Below are positions 1 to 12,259 of a stretch of 64,000 bases of DNA, piece after piece. The DNA lies in contig JBBTST010000012.1 of assembly GCA_038064575.1 (NCBI GenBank), forward strand, positions 32 to 64,031, read 5' to 3'. The notes below the pieces were generated by a model. That model saw only the letters and a program-made list of their open reading frames with translations. It ran no database searches and was not told where the DNA came from. Position numbers and translations under genes: made by a program. How positions within the stretch are numbered: the first letter of the stretch is position 1; each line of letters starts with the position of its first letter. Origin of the DNA: Patescibacteria group bacterium. Lineage in GTDB: Bacteria; Patescibacteriota; WWE3; UBA101185; 2-01-FULL-41-18.

Positions 1-1215
<1,215 letters not shown>

Positions 1216-1420
1216 TACGAATATCTCACCTAACTCTTGCGAGTTTTGGTAAGATTGATTACCTTGAAAATTGTTTTAGAAAAACAATTTTAATTTGTTT
1301 TGAATTGAATCATATTCAGTTTTCAAGGTGCGAAGTCATTAGAAAATAGCTGTTTTGGGATTCGACTATCTGCAGCGCGCTCACGCGCGAAGCCAGGAGA
1401 AGACCAAAACAGACATTTTC

Positions 1421-1497
1421 TGGTGGACCCAAGGAGACTCGAACTCCTCACCTTCGCGATGCAAACGCGACGCTCTAGCCAGATGAGCTATGGGCCC
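1421..1497 (-). tRNA. tRNA-Ala (anticodon TGC)
   Basis: Reverse complement GGGCCCATAGCTCATCTGGCTAGAGCGTCGCGTTTGCATCGCGAAGGTGAGGAGTTCGAGTCTCCTTGGGTCCACCA. It has a cloverleaf, the G3:U70 alanine identity pair, a TTCGAGT T-loop and a CCA end. It sits in the 16S-23S spacer position. Confidence 0.9.
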
Positions 1498-1826
1498 ATT
1501 TATCTCCTGCCCATCTTACCAAAACTATTAAAATCAACTAATTAGAGCTTCTATAAAAGAAGATAATTTAAAGTGACCTAAGGCTTACGCTTTAGGCGAA
1601 TATTTTCCATCCCGTGACAGGTAAATTAACACTTTAAAAACAGGCAGTCAAGAGCTAAAGATGGGGCACAAAAAGACCCAGTTGCTATTTGACTTATAGG
1701 ATCACCATGCTAACCTCTTGGGAAAAGGAGAACGGACAAATGAATGTAACAATAGTTCTTCAGCTATCCTTATGCTAAAATTTGGCGGCAAACATTAGAA
1801 AAGTAACTCTAAAGTTTGCCTCTCAC

Positions 1827-1903
1827 GGGCGAATAGCTCAGGTGGTTAGAGCGCGTCTCTGATAAAGACGAGGTCCATGGTTCGAGTCCATGTTCGCCCA
1901 CCA
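1827..1903 (+). tRNA. tRNA-Ile (anticodon GAT), opposite strand to the rRNAs
   Basis: GGGCGAATAGCTCAGGTGGTTAGAGCGCGTCTCTGATAAAGACGAGGTCCATGGTTCGAGTCCATGTTCGCCCACCA. The acceptor, D and T arms pair, the anticodon loop is CTGATAA and it ends in CCA. Confidence 0.9.
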
Positions 1904-1993
1904 AAAAGTCCCAAACACGCAATTAAGTTAAATATGTCCGTAACTTCTACACATACTTGATTAGGGAGTATAACTGGGACTATTATGTGACTA

Positions 1994-2548
1994 ATGGTTA
2001 AGAAGCAATACCTTTTAGTGCTAGTCTTACTCTGTATCATCCTAACCGGAGTATTTCTGACTCTTCCAAAATTGTATTCAAAACCGGAGGGCACTGAGAA
2101 GCCAAAGATACAAGAAGATAATGAAATTAGGTTGGAGAACCCGAATGGAATATACAAAATACAAAAAAGCGGAAAAGTTTACCTTCTCACATTTTACCCA
2201 ACTGGAACCAAAGGAGTGGCAACTAGCATATATATAAACAATTCTCCTATGGATCTTTCAAGCTTTGTTGGAAAGCAAGTTAAAGTTATGGGTGTTTTTG
2301 TTGAGGTAGAAAAAGAAGTGGAGTGCATAATGGCCCCATGTAACCCAATAAAACAGACAGTCTTAAATATTACCAGTATCAAGGAAGAAATTGTTGGTGA
2401 AAATGAGAACCAATTAACGTACCAGTGCCCACTAAACGGATGGATTGATTGCATGCCAACAATAAGGGCTTCTAAAACATACTGCAACCCCGAATACATT
2501 GATTGGGCCAAAAGCAATTGCCCAGATTTCAAAGGTGTTGCTTATTAA
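1994..2548 (+). CDS. hypothetical secreted/membrane-anchored Cys-rich protein
   Basis: 184 aa ORF with an N-terminal hydrophobic signal/anchor (LLVLVLLCIILTGVFL) and 8 Cys in the C-terminal half. No recognisable family. Confidence 0.5.
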   Translation: MVKKQYLLVLVLLCIILTGVFLTLPKLYSKPEGTEKPKIQEDNEIRLENPNGIYKIQKSGKVYLLTFYPTGTKGVATSIYINNSPMDLSSFVGKQVKVMGVFVEVEKEVECIMAPCNPIKQTVLNITSIKEEIVGENENQLTYQCPLNGWIDCMPTIRASKTYCNPEYIDWAKSNCPDFKGVAY

Positions 2549-2631
2549 TTTTTTAATTCCAAACACTAAATATAGTTGACGATCAATAAGACACTGTGCT
2601 GTACTATAATAGGTACACAACCAACAAAGTT

Positions 2632-4686
2632 ATGTCTAACATCCAAAACAAACAAAAAGGCTTTCTTCTCCTTTTTATCCCAATAATAGTAGGCCTGTTA
2701 AGTCTTATTTTAACTTTTGTAACTATATATGTAGGCAGAAATAAAGCCTCAAAAAACCTCTCGGTTGAAACATACAATCAAAGTCAAATTGCAGGCGCAA
2801 CTACTAACACTGTTACATATTCATTGCAAACCAGAGACAGCCTTGCCAGTCAAGATGGCAGCATACTGGATCTGGTTTCCCCAAACACTTGGGTTGGAAC
2901 AGGATCTGATATTAACAATTCCTTTCTGGCACTTTTTCTCAAGGGCCAAAGCATACCTCAGAAGTCAACAATCACTTCAGCTAAACTTTTTGTAACGGCA
3001 AGCTCTACCCAATGGATTAAGATTGGATTAATAGTATCCGCAGAAAAAACTCTTAATCCAGAGCCTTACTCAAAAACAAACCCACCATCTGCAAGGAGTG
3101 TAACGGATCAAAATGTAACTATTACGGAAGATGTTAAATGGGAAAAGGATTTAAAATATTTTATTGAGGCTACCACCCCTGTTAACAATCTTATAACTCA
3201 AACAGGAAATAAAGGGGTAATAGCACTTATCATTAAAGGTAACCCAGCTTACAGGTGGGGAAGAAAGTCCATTTATGCTACAGGTAATAAAGCACCGTAC
3301 TTGGTGATAACTTACACAACAGCAGCAGATTCTCCACCGGTTGTTAGCGATACCACTCCACCACAAGTGACTATTACAAGTCCACTGGAAGGCGCTACGC
3401 TTTCAGGAGTGACCAGCATCAAAGCCAATGCCATGGATGAGAGCGGTATTGCAAAAGTTGAGTTTTATGTTGGAAGCGTTTTAAACTCCACAGATACTAC
3501 AACTCCTTACTCTTATGACTTTGATACTGCCAAAGTACCAAATGGCCCACACAAACTAAGAGCTAAAGCTTATGATTCAAAAGGTAATTTGGCAGAGTCC
3601 TTTGTAAATGTTACTATCAGCAACTTGTCAGGAGGTATCACCCCGCCGCAGCCACCCCCTCTAACAGGCACTATTTGGGGGGCTGTCGCCTCAGATATTC
3701 TGGGAACATGCACACAAGCTACTCATGACAGATATGTAGAACAAGGGGATGATGGGGTGCTGTACAGAACCTGGCACCCGCAGGAGACAGTTGTAGCTTT
3801 AAATAACCCATCAGGAACAAAGTGCAAGTTTGCTCATGAACATGGTGATGATCCTACCACTGTTAAAAACAACGCAATTGCTGCATCTTTGGTAAAATTT
3901 GGGTTCATTGGAAAAAAACACACTACAGCAACAGAACCAAACGGTCATGAAGAAGCGCATGAAGGTTTTAAAGTTTTTGTAGCCAACAAGGGACAAACAA
4001 ATGATGAAGGAAGAGTACATCTTCATGATTCAAGGTTAGTATTTCACATGGGAACGGGCGGAGTAAAAAGGTATGATACCCAAGCTCACTCCATGGAGTT
4101 TAGGATTTTAACAAATGACGGCAGAAAGATGTTTGTCCAAGCTATGGCGGATAGCGGTAAGGTTGGCAGTATCTGCCAAAGGGACAAATCGCTGTCCGAT
4201 TCCGACCCAACCAACGATATAGGAAGATCTGTTATGGTTCTTGATGAAACTTGCAAGAGGGATTCGCTATATGAGATTTGGTCAAATAGTGTGCGAATAA
4301 AAAATGTGAATGGAAGTGTTGTTGGTCTTGCGCAAGCCTCGACCGCAGTGTTTGATCCAATTACCATAATGGACCCGGCAAATCATACAAGACTTGTGTA
4401 TATGTGGGCGGAAGAAGCAGACAAAAGTCTAAACTTTCCAAATAATGATAGAAGTTATGTAAGAGGCTGCGTTAGGGAATCTTATTCAGGTCCGGTAAAT
4501 TGGTATAATTCAGGGGGAAAGGATGTGTATTACTCAGATGCCATGGGTAGGGAAATGTCAGGAGGGAAGCTAAGACAGGAAATCTCCCTTCATGGATATA
4601 AAAACTTTGTAGCCACAAATGACGGCCTTAGCCAATTTAAGCTAAAGAAAAGTTTTTGTGCGTCAGGTCTTGGATACAAAAATTAA
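2632..4686 (+). CDS. large surface protein with N-terminal TM anchor, bacterial Ig-like domain and His-rich C-terminal domain
   Basis: ORF 2596..4686; ATG at 2632 (MSNIQNK) is followed by a TM helix. The central region (TTPPQVTITSPLEGATLSG...VEFYVGS...YSYDFDT...HKLRAKAYDSKGN) matches the Big/Ig-like fold. The C-terminal part has repeated His motifs (AHEHGDD, HEEAHEG, HLHDSR). Confidence 0.6.
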   Translation: MSNIQNKQKGFLLLFIPIIVGLLSLILTFVTIYVGRNKASKNLSVETYNQSQIAGATTNTVTYSLQTRDSLASQDGSILDLVSPNTWVGTGSDINNSFLALFLKGQSIPQKSTITSAKLFVTASSTQWIKIGLIVSAEKTLNPEPYSKTNPPSARSVTDQNVTITEDVKWEKDLKYFIEATTPVNNLITQTGNKGVIALIIKGNPAYRWGRKSIYATGNKAPYLVITYTTAADSPPVVSDTTPPQVTITSPLEGATLSGVTSIKANAMDESGIAKVEFYVGSVLNSTDTTTPYSYDFDTAKVPNGPHKLRAKAYDSKGNLAESFVNVTISNLSGGITPPQPPPLTGTIWGAVASDILGTCTQATHDRYVEQGDDGVLYRTWHPQETVVALNNPSGTKCKFAHEHGDDPTTVKNNAIAASLVKFGFIGKKHTTATEPNGHEEAHEGFKVFVANKGQTNDEGRVHLHDSRLVFHMGTGGVKRYDTQAHSMEFRILTNDGRKMFVQAMADSGKVGSICQRDKSLSDSDPTNDIGRSVMVLDETCKRDSLYEIWSNSVRIKNVNGSVVGLAQASTAVFDPITIMDPANHTRLVYMWAEEADKSLNFPNNDRSYVRGCVRESYSGPVNWYNSGGKDVYYSDAMGREMSGGKLRQEISLHGYKNFVATNDGLSQFKLKKSFCASGLGYKN

Positions 4687-5637
4687 CTACTGCTTTTCAG
4701 TGGATAGAGCCTCCACAAGCTCCTGCATAGGAGAGGCGCCCGTTTTAACTGGTAGAGCATCACTATTGGAATCAGCAACTTGATTTTCATAGGCAACCCC
4801 ATTTCTACTGAAGGGGAGCCCTTCTCCATTTTTAACTTCATACAGTTTTTTATCTGCCACTTTAACAGCCTCTTCATATGAATTTCTTGCCGACTTATCT
4901 TCTGAAAAACTAACACCTGATAATCCGCAACTAAATGTATTTTGTAAAAGGGCTACCTTATCAGGTTCGTCTTTGAATACAGCCTTAAGGTTTTCTCTAA
5001 ACTTGATAAAAATTCTAGGTATTACTTTTTCTGAAATTAGCTTTGGATCAGAACCTAAATAAATTGCCATAAATTCTTCTCCTCCATATCTAAAACCCTC
5101 ATGTTTCTCCTGACCGGCTTCTGCAAGGGCCTGGTCCACATTTTTAGCCCCTTCCGCTTCATCCTTTTTCCCAAGGGATAAAAAAATATCGGCATCCCTT
5201 GCCGATTCTGCTATTGCAGTTGAAAAACATCTCAACACTTTGTCGCCTACTTCATGCCCATAGGTATCGTTTACTTTTTTAAATTCATCTAAATCAAACA
5301 TGGCAACAGTTGCGGGAATAGCGGACCTTTTTGCTATTTCAAATACTTTATCCAAAGCAATCTTTGTTTCTTCATTATGGTACAGCTTAAGACCCGTTAG
5401 TCCATCTATTCCTACTTTTTCTGAAAGTTCCTGCTTTTCCTTTTTTAGATCATCTACAGTTTGCAACAAATCTCTAACTTGTGCAGAGGATTCTTCAAGT
5501 CTTCTTTTTACCATCTCTTTAGTTTCAACCACACCTTGGGCTTTAGGATCAGATCTAAGCTGCGTTTGAATAGCCTCATCCAAAACATCTCCACCAAGAG
5601 AGTCATCATACATTTTCATTGCGTCTTCAGCACTCAT
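4687..5637 (-). CDS. GGDEF-domain diguanylate cyclase (GGEEF active site) with N-terminal coiled coil
   Basis: 316 aa with GGDEF hallmarks: DGLTGL, FDLDEFKKVNDTYGHEVGD, RYGGEEF. It has no recognisable sensor domain and no RxxD I-site directly upstream of GGEEF. Confidence 0.75.
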   Translation of the reverse strand: MSAEDAMKMYDDSLGGDVLDEAIQTQLRSDPKAQGVVETKEMVKRRLEESSAQVRDLLQTVDDLKKEKQELSEKVGIDGLTGLKLYHNEETKIALDKVFEIAKRSAIPATVAMFDLDEFKKVNDTYGHEVGDKVLRCFSTAIAESARDADIFLSLGKKDEAEGAKNVDQALAEAGQEKHEGFRYGGEEFMAIYLGSDPKLISEKVIPRIFIKFRENLKAVFKDEPDKVALLQNTFSCGLSGVSFSEDKSARNSYEEAVKVADKKLYEVKNGEGLPFSRNGVAYENQVADSNSDALPVKTGASPMQELVEALSTEKQ

Positions 5638-5915
5638 AGAGAAATTAAAACAGAAACTTAAGATAGATTAAACGGGCTAATTAAAGAACTCTTTTAAATG
5701 GGATCTATTTGTCAAAAAAGCGGAAAGAACATCGTTTTGGGCTTTAAAGCTTAAACCCTAACTTGCTCAACCTTTTTACTGTGAAAATAAAAAGTTACGT
5801 ACAAAGTTTTATGAGCTGCTCAAACTTTGACGGATTTTTGCGCTTTAAAATAACCTTCCCGTACGCAAAGGCACGGCCCATACGTTATTTTGCCAAACAT
5901 CAATTTTTTCTCCCT

Positions 5916-7353
<1,438 letters not shown>

Positions 7354-7652
7354 AAATGTTCTTTCCACTTTTCTGACAATCTTTAACTGTTTTACCAAAT
7401 TAAAGATGTGTAAAAGCATATCTTTATTAGCTAATTTTGAATTATTCAAATTTCAAAGGGCGGATATGCCAAAAATCTAAAAAAGATTAAGAGCATAAAA
7501 ACAAAAAGGCCTAGTTAGCCTTTTGCATGCTCAAACTTACCAATAACCCTTGGCCTTGTCAACAGCATAGTAACAATATATTAATACGGGAAATAATAAA
7601 TTGGTTCTCTTAGAAAAACCCGTGTGTTATTATCAGATCTGCTAGAAATATT

Positions 7653-8060
7653 ATGACCTCGGATGAAATGGCAACTAAGTCAATAGCCGAACAACTCAAA
7701 TCCGATCTTGGGAGTTTATTAAGTAAAGGAGATACACCAGTAGCATTTGAGTTAATTGATTTACTGGATACAGGGGAGGTGGAAATAAGTGAGACTGGGG
7801 AAACCTTCAGACTGCCAGAACAAATAACAGGCTTACAAAGAGCAAACACACTATTCTTAATTACCCAGGGTTTTTCCAATAAGGATGTACCAAAAATAGA
7901 GGCAGCTGTAAATGACTTAAGAGATAATTTGGGGGGTCTTGGAGTAGGAATTCCAGAAGGAAACTTTAAAACGCCAAAGGATGCAAGAGGACTGCAGAGC
8001 AAATCTTTTTTAGCCGCAGCCAGAAATACTATTAGAGATGCTGTGATTGATAAAATTTAA
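7653..8060 (+). CDS. hypothetical protein
   Basis: 135 aa ORF, acidic, no TM segment, weak RBS. No family recognised. Confidence 0.45.
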   Translation: MTSDEMATKSIAEQLKSDLGSLLSKGDTPVAFELIDLLDTGEVEISETGETFRLPEQITGLQRANTLFLITQGFSNKDVPKIEAAVNDLRDNLGGLGVGIPEGNFKTPKDARGLQSKSFLAAARNTIRDAVIDKI

Positions 8061-8139
8061 CGCCTTGAGCCAATCAACCATTATATATTATAATAATCAT
8101 TGTTGATTAATTAGTGCCGTTATATTATAATAAGGTCCG

Positions 8140-10530
8140 TTGCATAGATATCTGGTTCTAAAAATCCTAAAGTACTTCCTGTTTTATTTTGCACTCCTAC
8201 TAGTAGTATCCAAAAATGTTTTTGCCTCTGATATAACTTCCTGGAAACCTGCAAATTCCCCTTCAGCCAGAATTGACTCTTTACTAACTACTCCTTACAG
8301 CCTGTTTGCCGGGGAATACAATCCAATCTTTCAATTCCCAAAGCCTTTCAACGGAGTATATATTTCAAAAGATCACGGTCAGTCCTGGAACCAATCAGGA
8401 CTTAAAGATAAAGGTGTAACAGGTTTGGCATATGATGGGACTGCAATTTATGCTTCAGCTTATTTTTCCGGGATCACACCCTCAGGAGTTTGGAAATCTT
8501 TTGACATGGGAAAATCCTGGACTCATTCGGGCTTAACTTTTTCAGGCTTATCAATTTCTGCAACAGTTGAATTTATTTTATTTGGGACAACTTCAAACGG
8601 TCTTTACAGATCAGAAAACTATGGATCATCTTGGACCCAGGTAATAGGAAATGGCTTTTCTCCCGGCATAAAAAGTGTTTCAGCTGATGGAAATACGGCT
8701 TTGGCAGCGTCTACTGATAACACTGTCTTCATATCTAAAGATAACGGAAATACCTGGAACAAAATCCAAGAATTCAATGGTAAACAAATCTCCTCAGTTC
8801 TTGTCTTTGGTAAAACTCTTTTTATAGGAACAGGAAATTTTCAAGGTTTACATTTATCACAAAATGAAGGTGCTACCTGGGAGAAAGTAGCTTTCTTTGA
8901 AAATAAAGCTATTGGAATACTAAGCTTTTTTGATGAGGTACTTTATGTTGGGTCTTTTAGCCAAACACATAACACGTATGGTATCTTCAAATCCTCCGAT
9001 TTGGGAAAAACCTGGTTTGATGTATCACAAGGTTTAAACGACTTAAATTCAAATATTAAAGCAATTGCTGGTTTTTACTCATCTACGCCCAAACTTCTTA
9101 TTTCACAGATTGCAAAAGGTCTTAGCTTAAAAGAGGTTTCCAAAAAGCCTGTAGATTTACCTTTTTTGGATCTTCCTTGGAAATATCAAAGTTTCAAGAA
9201 AGACGCTTTAAAGATTTATTCTTATTTTGATCATAGTTATCCGTTTTTAGGCTATGGTTCGTTTTTGGAACCTAATAGTGAAAATACAAGCACTTACAAT
9301 TTTTTTGGGATCAAGGAGAAGGAACCTTTTCTTTGGTATTCTTCCCATAACGGAATAGATTTCACACTGCCTTATGATACTGAAATAGTTGCGCCTGCGG
9401 AGGGTTTTGCTACATATTCATACACAGAAGGCGGAGGAAACACCATAAAAATTAACCATGGCAATGGGTTTCAAAGCTGGTTTATGCATCTTCAAAAAAA
9501 GGGTCTTGCCGTGAGTGCCCCTAACACACCAATTTTTGTAAACAAGCTAGATAGAGTTGGTTATGTAGGTTTGAGCGGAAATACCACAGGTCCTCACCTT
9601 CACTTTTCTGTTCTAAAAGATAAGAATGCTAATCTTAAATTTGATGATTTTCCCGATGGACTTGTAGATCCATATGGATGGCAGTCAATCAGGCAGGATC
9701 CGTGGAAAGTATTTTCATGGCTTGATCTCACTGGTTCTCACACAGGTTCTGAGAGTTCATATCTTTGGACTCAAAACCTTGATGAAAAAAAAGAAGTATT
9801 TCCAAATTTTGCCTACACTCTAACTTTAGATGAAGTAAGTTTAACTTTCCCTGAAAACTTCATAGACTCATCCGCAACTATAACCTTGAAAAAAATCCCT
9901 TTTGGCAGAGGGGGAGCAGCATTAGCAGATAACCAGGAACTAATAGCAGGTAGCACTTTTGAATTTAGGATAACTGACCTGCTTCAAAAAAATGTACAAA
10001 ACTTGGATAAAGAAACAGAGATAAGAGTTGGCTATTCAAGTCTAAACATTGACAATGTTAAAGAAGAAACCCTAAAACTTGTAAGGATAGAAGATGATGG
10101 AACACTTACACAACTGGTTTTCACTCTTAACTTAAATCAAAAAATACTTTCGGCCCTAACAAATGAAACCGGAATAGTTGCAATTATGGGAGAAAAGATA
10201 GACTATTACCCACCACAAACAACTATTCACTTTGACGGAGAAAGGGGAAATAATCCAGATGAGTTTATTAACAAAGTGTTGGTAAATTTTTCTGCAAAGG
10301 ACAACGGGCTACAACTGGAAAATTCAACATATGTTAGCCTTGATGGAAAAGATTTTGAAAAGTATCTTGAACCTTTAGTTATTACAAATGAGGGAGAAAC
10401 ACAAATTTTCTACAAATCCATAGACAAGTATGGAAATGGTGAAGAGGGAAAAAGCTCAAAAGTGTTTGTTACAAAAAGGGGGACCTATTACCAGGTAAAA
10501 ATTGAGCAAGCCAAATTTCAGACTAGATAG
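8140..10530 (+). CDS. secreted BNR/Asp-box repeat protein with M23 (LytM) peptidase domain
   Basis: 796 aa with an N-terminal signal peptide. It carries six SxDxGxTW-type Asp-box motifs (SKDHGQSWN, SFDMGKSWT, SENYGSSWT, SKDNGNTWN, SQNEGATWE, SSDLGKTWF). An M23 signature follows (HNGIDF...INHGNGFQSWFMHL...GPHLHFSV). TTG start in the ORF track. Confidence 0.7.
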   Translation: MHRYLVLKILKYFLFYFALLLVVSKNVFASDITSWKPANSPSARIDSLLTTPYSLFAGEYNPIFQFPKPFNGVYISKDHGQSWNQSGLKDKGVTGLAYDGTAIYASAYFSGITPSGVWKSFDMGKSWTHSGLTFSGLSISATVEFILFGTTSNGLYRSENYGSSWTQVIGNGFSPGIKSVSADGNTALAASTDNTVFISKDNGNTWNKIQEFNGKQISSVLVFGKTLFIGTGNFQGLHLSQNEGATWEKVAFFENKAIGILSFFDEVLYVGSFSQTHNTYGIFKSSDLGKTWFDVSQGLNDLNSNIKAIAGFYSSTPKLLISQIAKGLSLKEVSKKPVDLPFLDLPWKYQSFKKDALKIYSYFDHSYPFLGYGSFLEPNSENTSTYNFFGIKEKEPFLWYSSHNGIDFTLPYDTEIVAPAEGFATYSYTEGGGNTIKINHGNGFQSWFMHLQKKGLAVSAPNTPIFVNKLDRVGYVGLSGNTTGPHLHFSVLKDKNANLKFDDFPDGLVDPYGWQSIRQDPWKVFSWLDLTGSHTGSESSYLWTQNLDEKKEVFPNFAYTLTLDEVSLTFPENFIDSSATITLKKIPFGRGGAALADNQELIAGSTFEFRITDLLQKNVQNLDKETEIRVGYSSLNIDNVKEETLKLVRIEDDGTLTQLVFTLNLNQKILSALTNETGIVAIMGEKIDYYPPQTTIHFDGERGNNPDEFINKVLVNFSAKDNGLQLENSTYVSLDGKDFEKYLEPLVITNEGETQIFYKSIDKYGNGEEGKSSKVFVTKRGTYYQVKIEQAKFQTR

Positions 10531-10533
10531 TTG

Positions 10534-11610
10534 TTAGCGGATAATGCCCCCACCTAAAACCAAATCTTTTCTATAAAAGACTGCGCTTTGACCGGAAGCA
10601 ACACCTAACGCAAAGTCTTCAAGAGTTACAGAAGCAATATCATTAAATATCCGTATACGGCCCTTCATTTTCTCCCCAAGATTTCTTATTCTTATTTCAC
10701 AGTCAAATTGACTATTCATAAAAAGTTTCGTATTTTCCCTGTTAACAAAAACCAAGTCTGTTAAGTCAAATTCTTTTTTTTGCGAATCTTTACCAAAACC
10801 TACGGTAATGGTATTTTTGGCTACATCCTTTGAAATAACGTATGTTGGTATCCCCAAGTAGGTGTTTAATTTAAACCCATGTCTTTGACCGATTGTATAT
10901 AAGCAAGCTCCATCATGTTCTCCAATTACCTCCCCTTTAACATTCAAAACATTTCCCTTCTCAAGAGTTACATTTGATTTAATAAATTCCAGCACATTCA
11001 AGTTACCTGTGAAACAAATTCCTGTGCTGTCTTTTTTATTAAACACTGGTAGGTTGGCTTCCTTAGCAATTTTTCTTACTTCTGATTTTTCAAGTTCCCC
11101 TAAAGGAAATAGAACCTTTTTGAGTTTTTCCTCTGGAACTCTATACAAGAAATAGCTTTGGTCTTTTGTGATATCTACACCGGACAACAGGTTAGTACCT
11201 TCCCCACTAGTAGTTTTCAACCTGGCGTAGTGTCCCGTAGCTATATAATCAAATCCATAGTTTGTTGCCCAATCTAAAAAAAGGCCAAATTTAATATGTG
11301 TATTACACACAATATCTGGATTTGGTGTTCTACCTGCTTTAAGCTCTCGCCAAAAATAGTCAAGGACCATCCCCGCATACTCTTTCTCAAAGTTAAGCTC
11401 AGTAAACTTTATATTAAGCATACTTGCAACTTTCAGGGCATCTGCCCTATCCTCCCTCCCTTTACACCCGGGGTTGTCATAGTCCCAACATTGCAAGTGA
11501 ACGCCTGCAACATCATAACCTTCTCTCTTGAGTAGGAGTCCCGCAACAGAACTGTCAACACCACCAGACATACCAAGTGCAACTTTTAACTTTGACTTAG
11601 TGTTAGGCAT
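10534..11610 (-). CDS. mnmA: tRNA-specific 2-thiouridylase MnmA
   Basis: 358 aa with a PP-loop SGGVDSS near the N-terminus; overall MnmA/TrmU pattern with conserved Cys. Confidence 0.85.
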   Translation of the reverse strand: MPNTKSKLKVALGMSGGVDSSVAGLLLKREGYDVAGVHLQCWDYDNPGCKGREDRADALKVASMLNIKFTELNFEKEYAGMVLDYFWRELKAGRTPNPDIVCNTHIKFGLFLDWATNYGFDYIATGHYARLKTTSGEGTNLLSGVDITKDQSYFLYRVPEEKLKKVLFPLGELEKSEVRKIAKEANLPVFNKKDSTGICFTGNLNVLEFIKSNVTLEKGNVLNVKGEVIGEHDGACLYTIGQRHGFKLNTYLGIPTYVISKDVAKNTITVGFGKDSQKKEFDLTDLVFVNRENTKLFMNSQFDCEIRIRNLGEKMKGRIRIFNDIASVTLEDFALGVASGQSAVFYRKDLVLGGGIIR

Positions 11611-11665
11611 AACTTATATAATCCAAATTTTAACACCCATGAAACGCGCGAATGACAAAACTTAG

Positions 11666-12244
11666 CTAAACACCTATAGTTGAAATAAGTTTCAGAGCCT
11701 CAAATGCATCATTATCACCCATCTTAAAAACTACTTCCTCAAGATTATTTAAAAGCTTAAGAACTGAGGGCTTAAGAGTTTCCTGAGGACCTTCAATCAA
11801 ATCTTTATTAAACTCTGTTTCAATGGCCGTTAATTCACTATCAAGTTTCTTTTTAGACTGAGGACTCAACTTTGATTTTTCAATTTCCATTTTGCTCTTT
11901 TTAACATTTTCTAAAACTAAATCTTTGTTCAAATATAAATCTGCACCATTCATAGAGGTCCTAATGAACATTTCATACTTATTTAAACTCTTCAAAATTG
12001 AGATTTTTTCCTGTGTAAATTCTTGAGAACTACGGCTGGCTTCAGAAGCAGAAACAGAAAAGATAGCTGTGATTTTTTCAATTAAAATATTAAGAAGGGT
12101 TTTTTCCTTCCGTAAAGGCAATAGGTCATCTGACGCCAAGGAATTACCTGCGGTGCTTGCTAGAACAAAGGTTAGAGCTATAGCCAAAGCAATTAGTCTC
12201 ATTTTCGTAAGGGGAAGTGTAGCAAAGATGTAGAGTTTTGGCAA
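11666..12244 (-). CDS. hypothetical secreted protein
   Basis: 192 aa ORF with an internal Met followed by a signal-peptide-like segment (MRLIALAIALTFVLASTAG), Lys/Glu-rich. Confidence 0.5.
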   Translation of the reverse strand: MPKLYIFATLPLTKMRLIALAIALTFVLASTAGNSLASDDLLPLRKEKTLLNILIEKITAIFSVSASEASRSSQEFTQEKISILKSLNKYEMFIRTSMNGADLYLNKDLVLENVKKSKMEIEKSKLSPQSKKKLDSELTAIETEFNKDLIEGPQETLKPSVLKLLNNLEEVVFKMGDNDAFEALKLISTIGV

Positions 12245-12259
12245 ATTTAAAGGTTTTAA

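Noticed and set aside
7504-7524. Hairpin AAAAGGC-ctagtta-GCCTTTT resembling a bidirectional intrinsic terminator
   Set aside because: It sits between the divergently oriented 16S (minus) and the 7653 gene (+). No transcript is expected to end here, so its function is unclear and it was not called a terminator.
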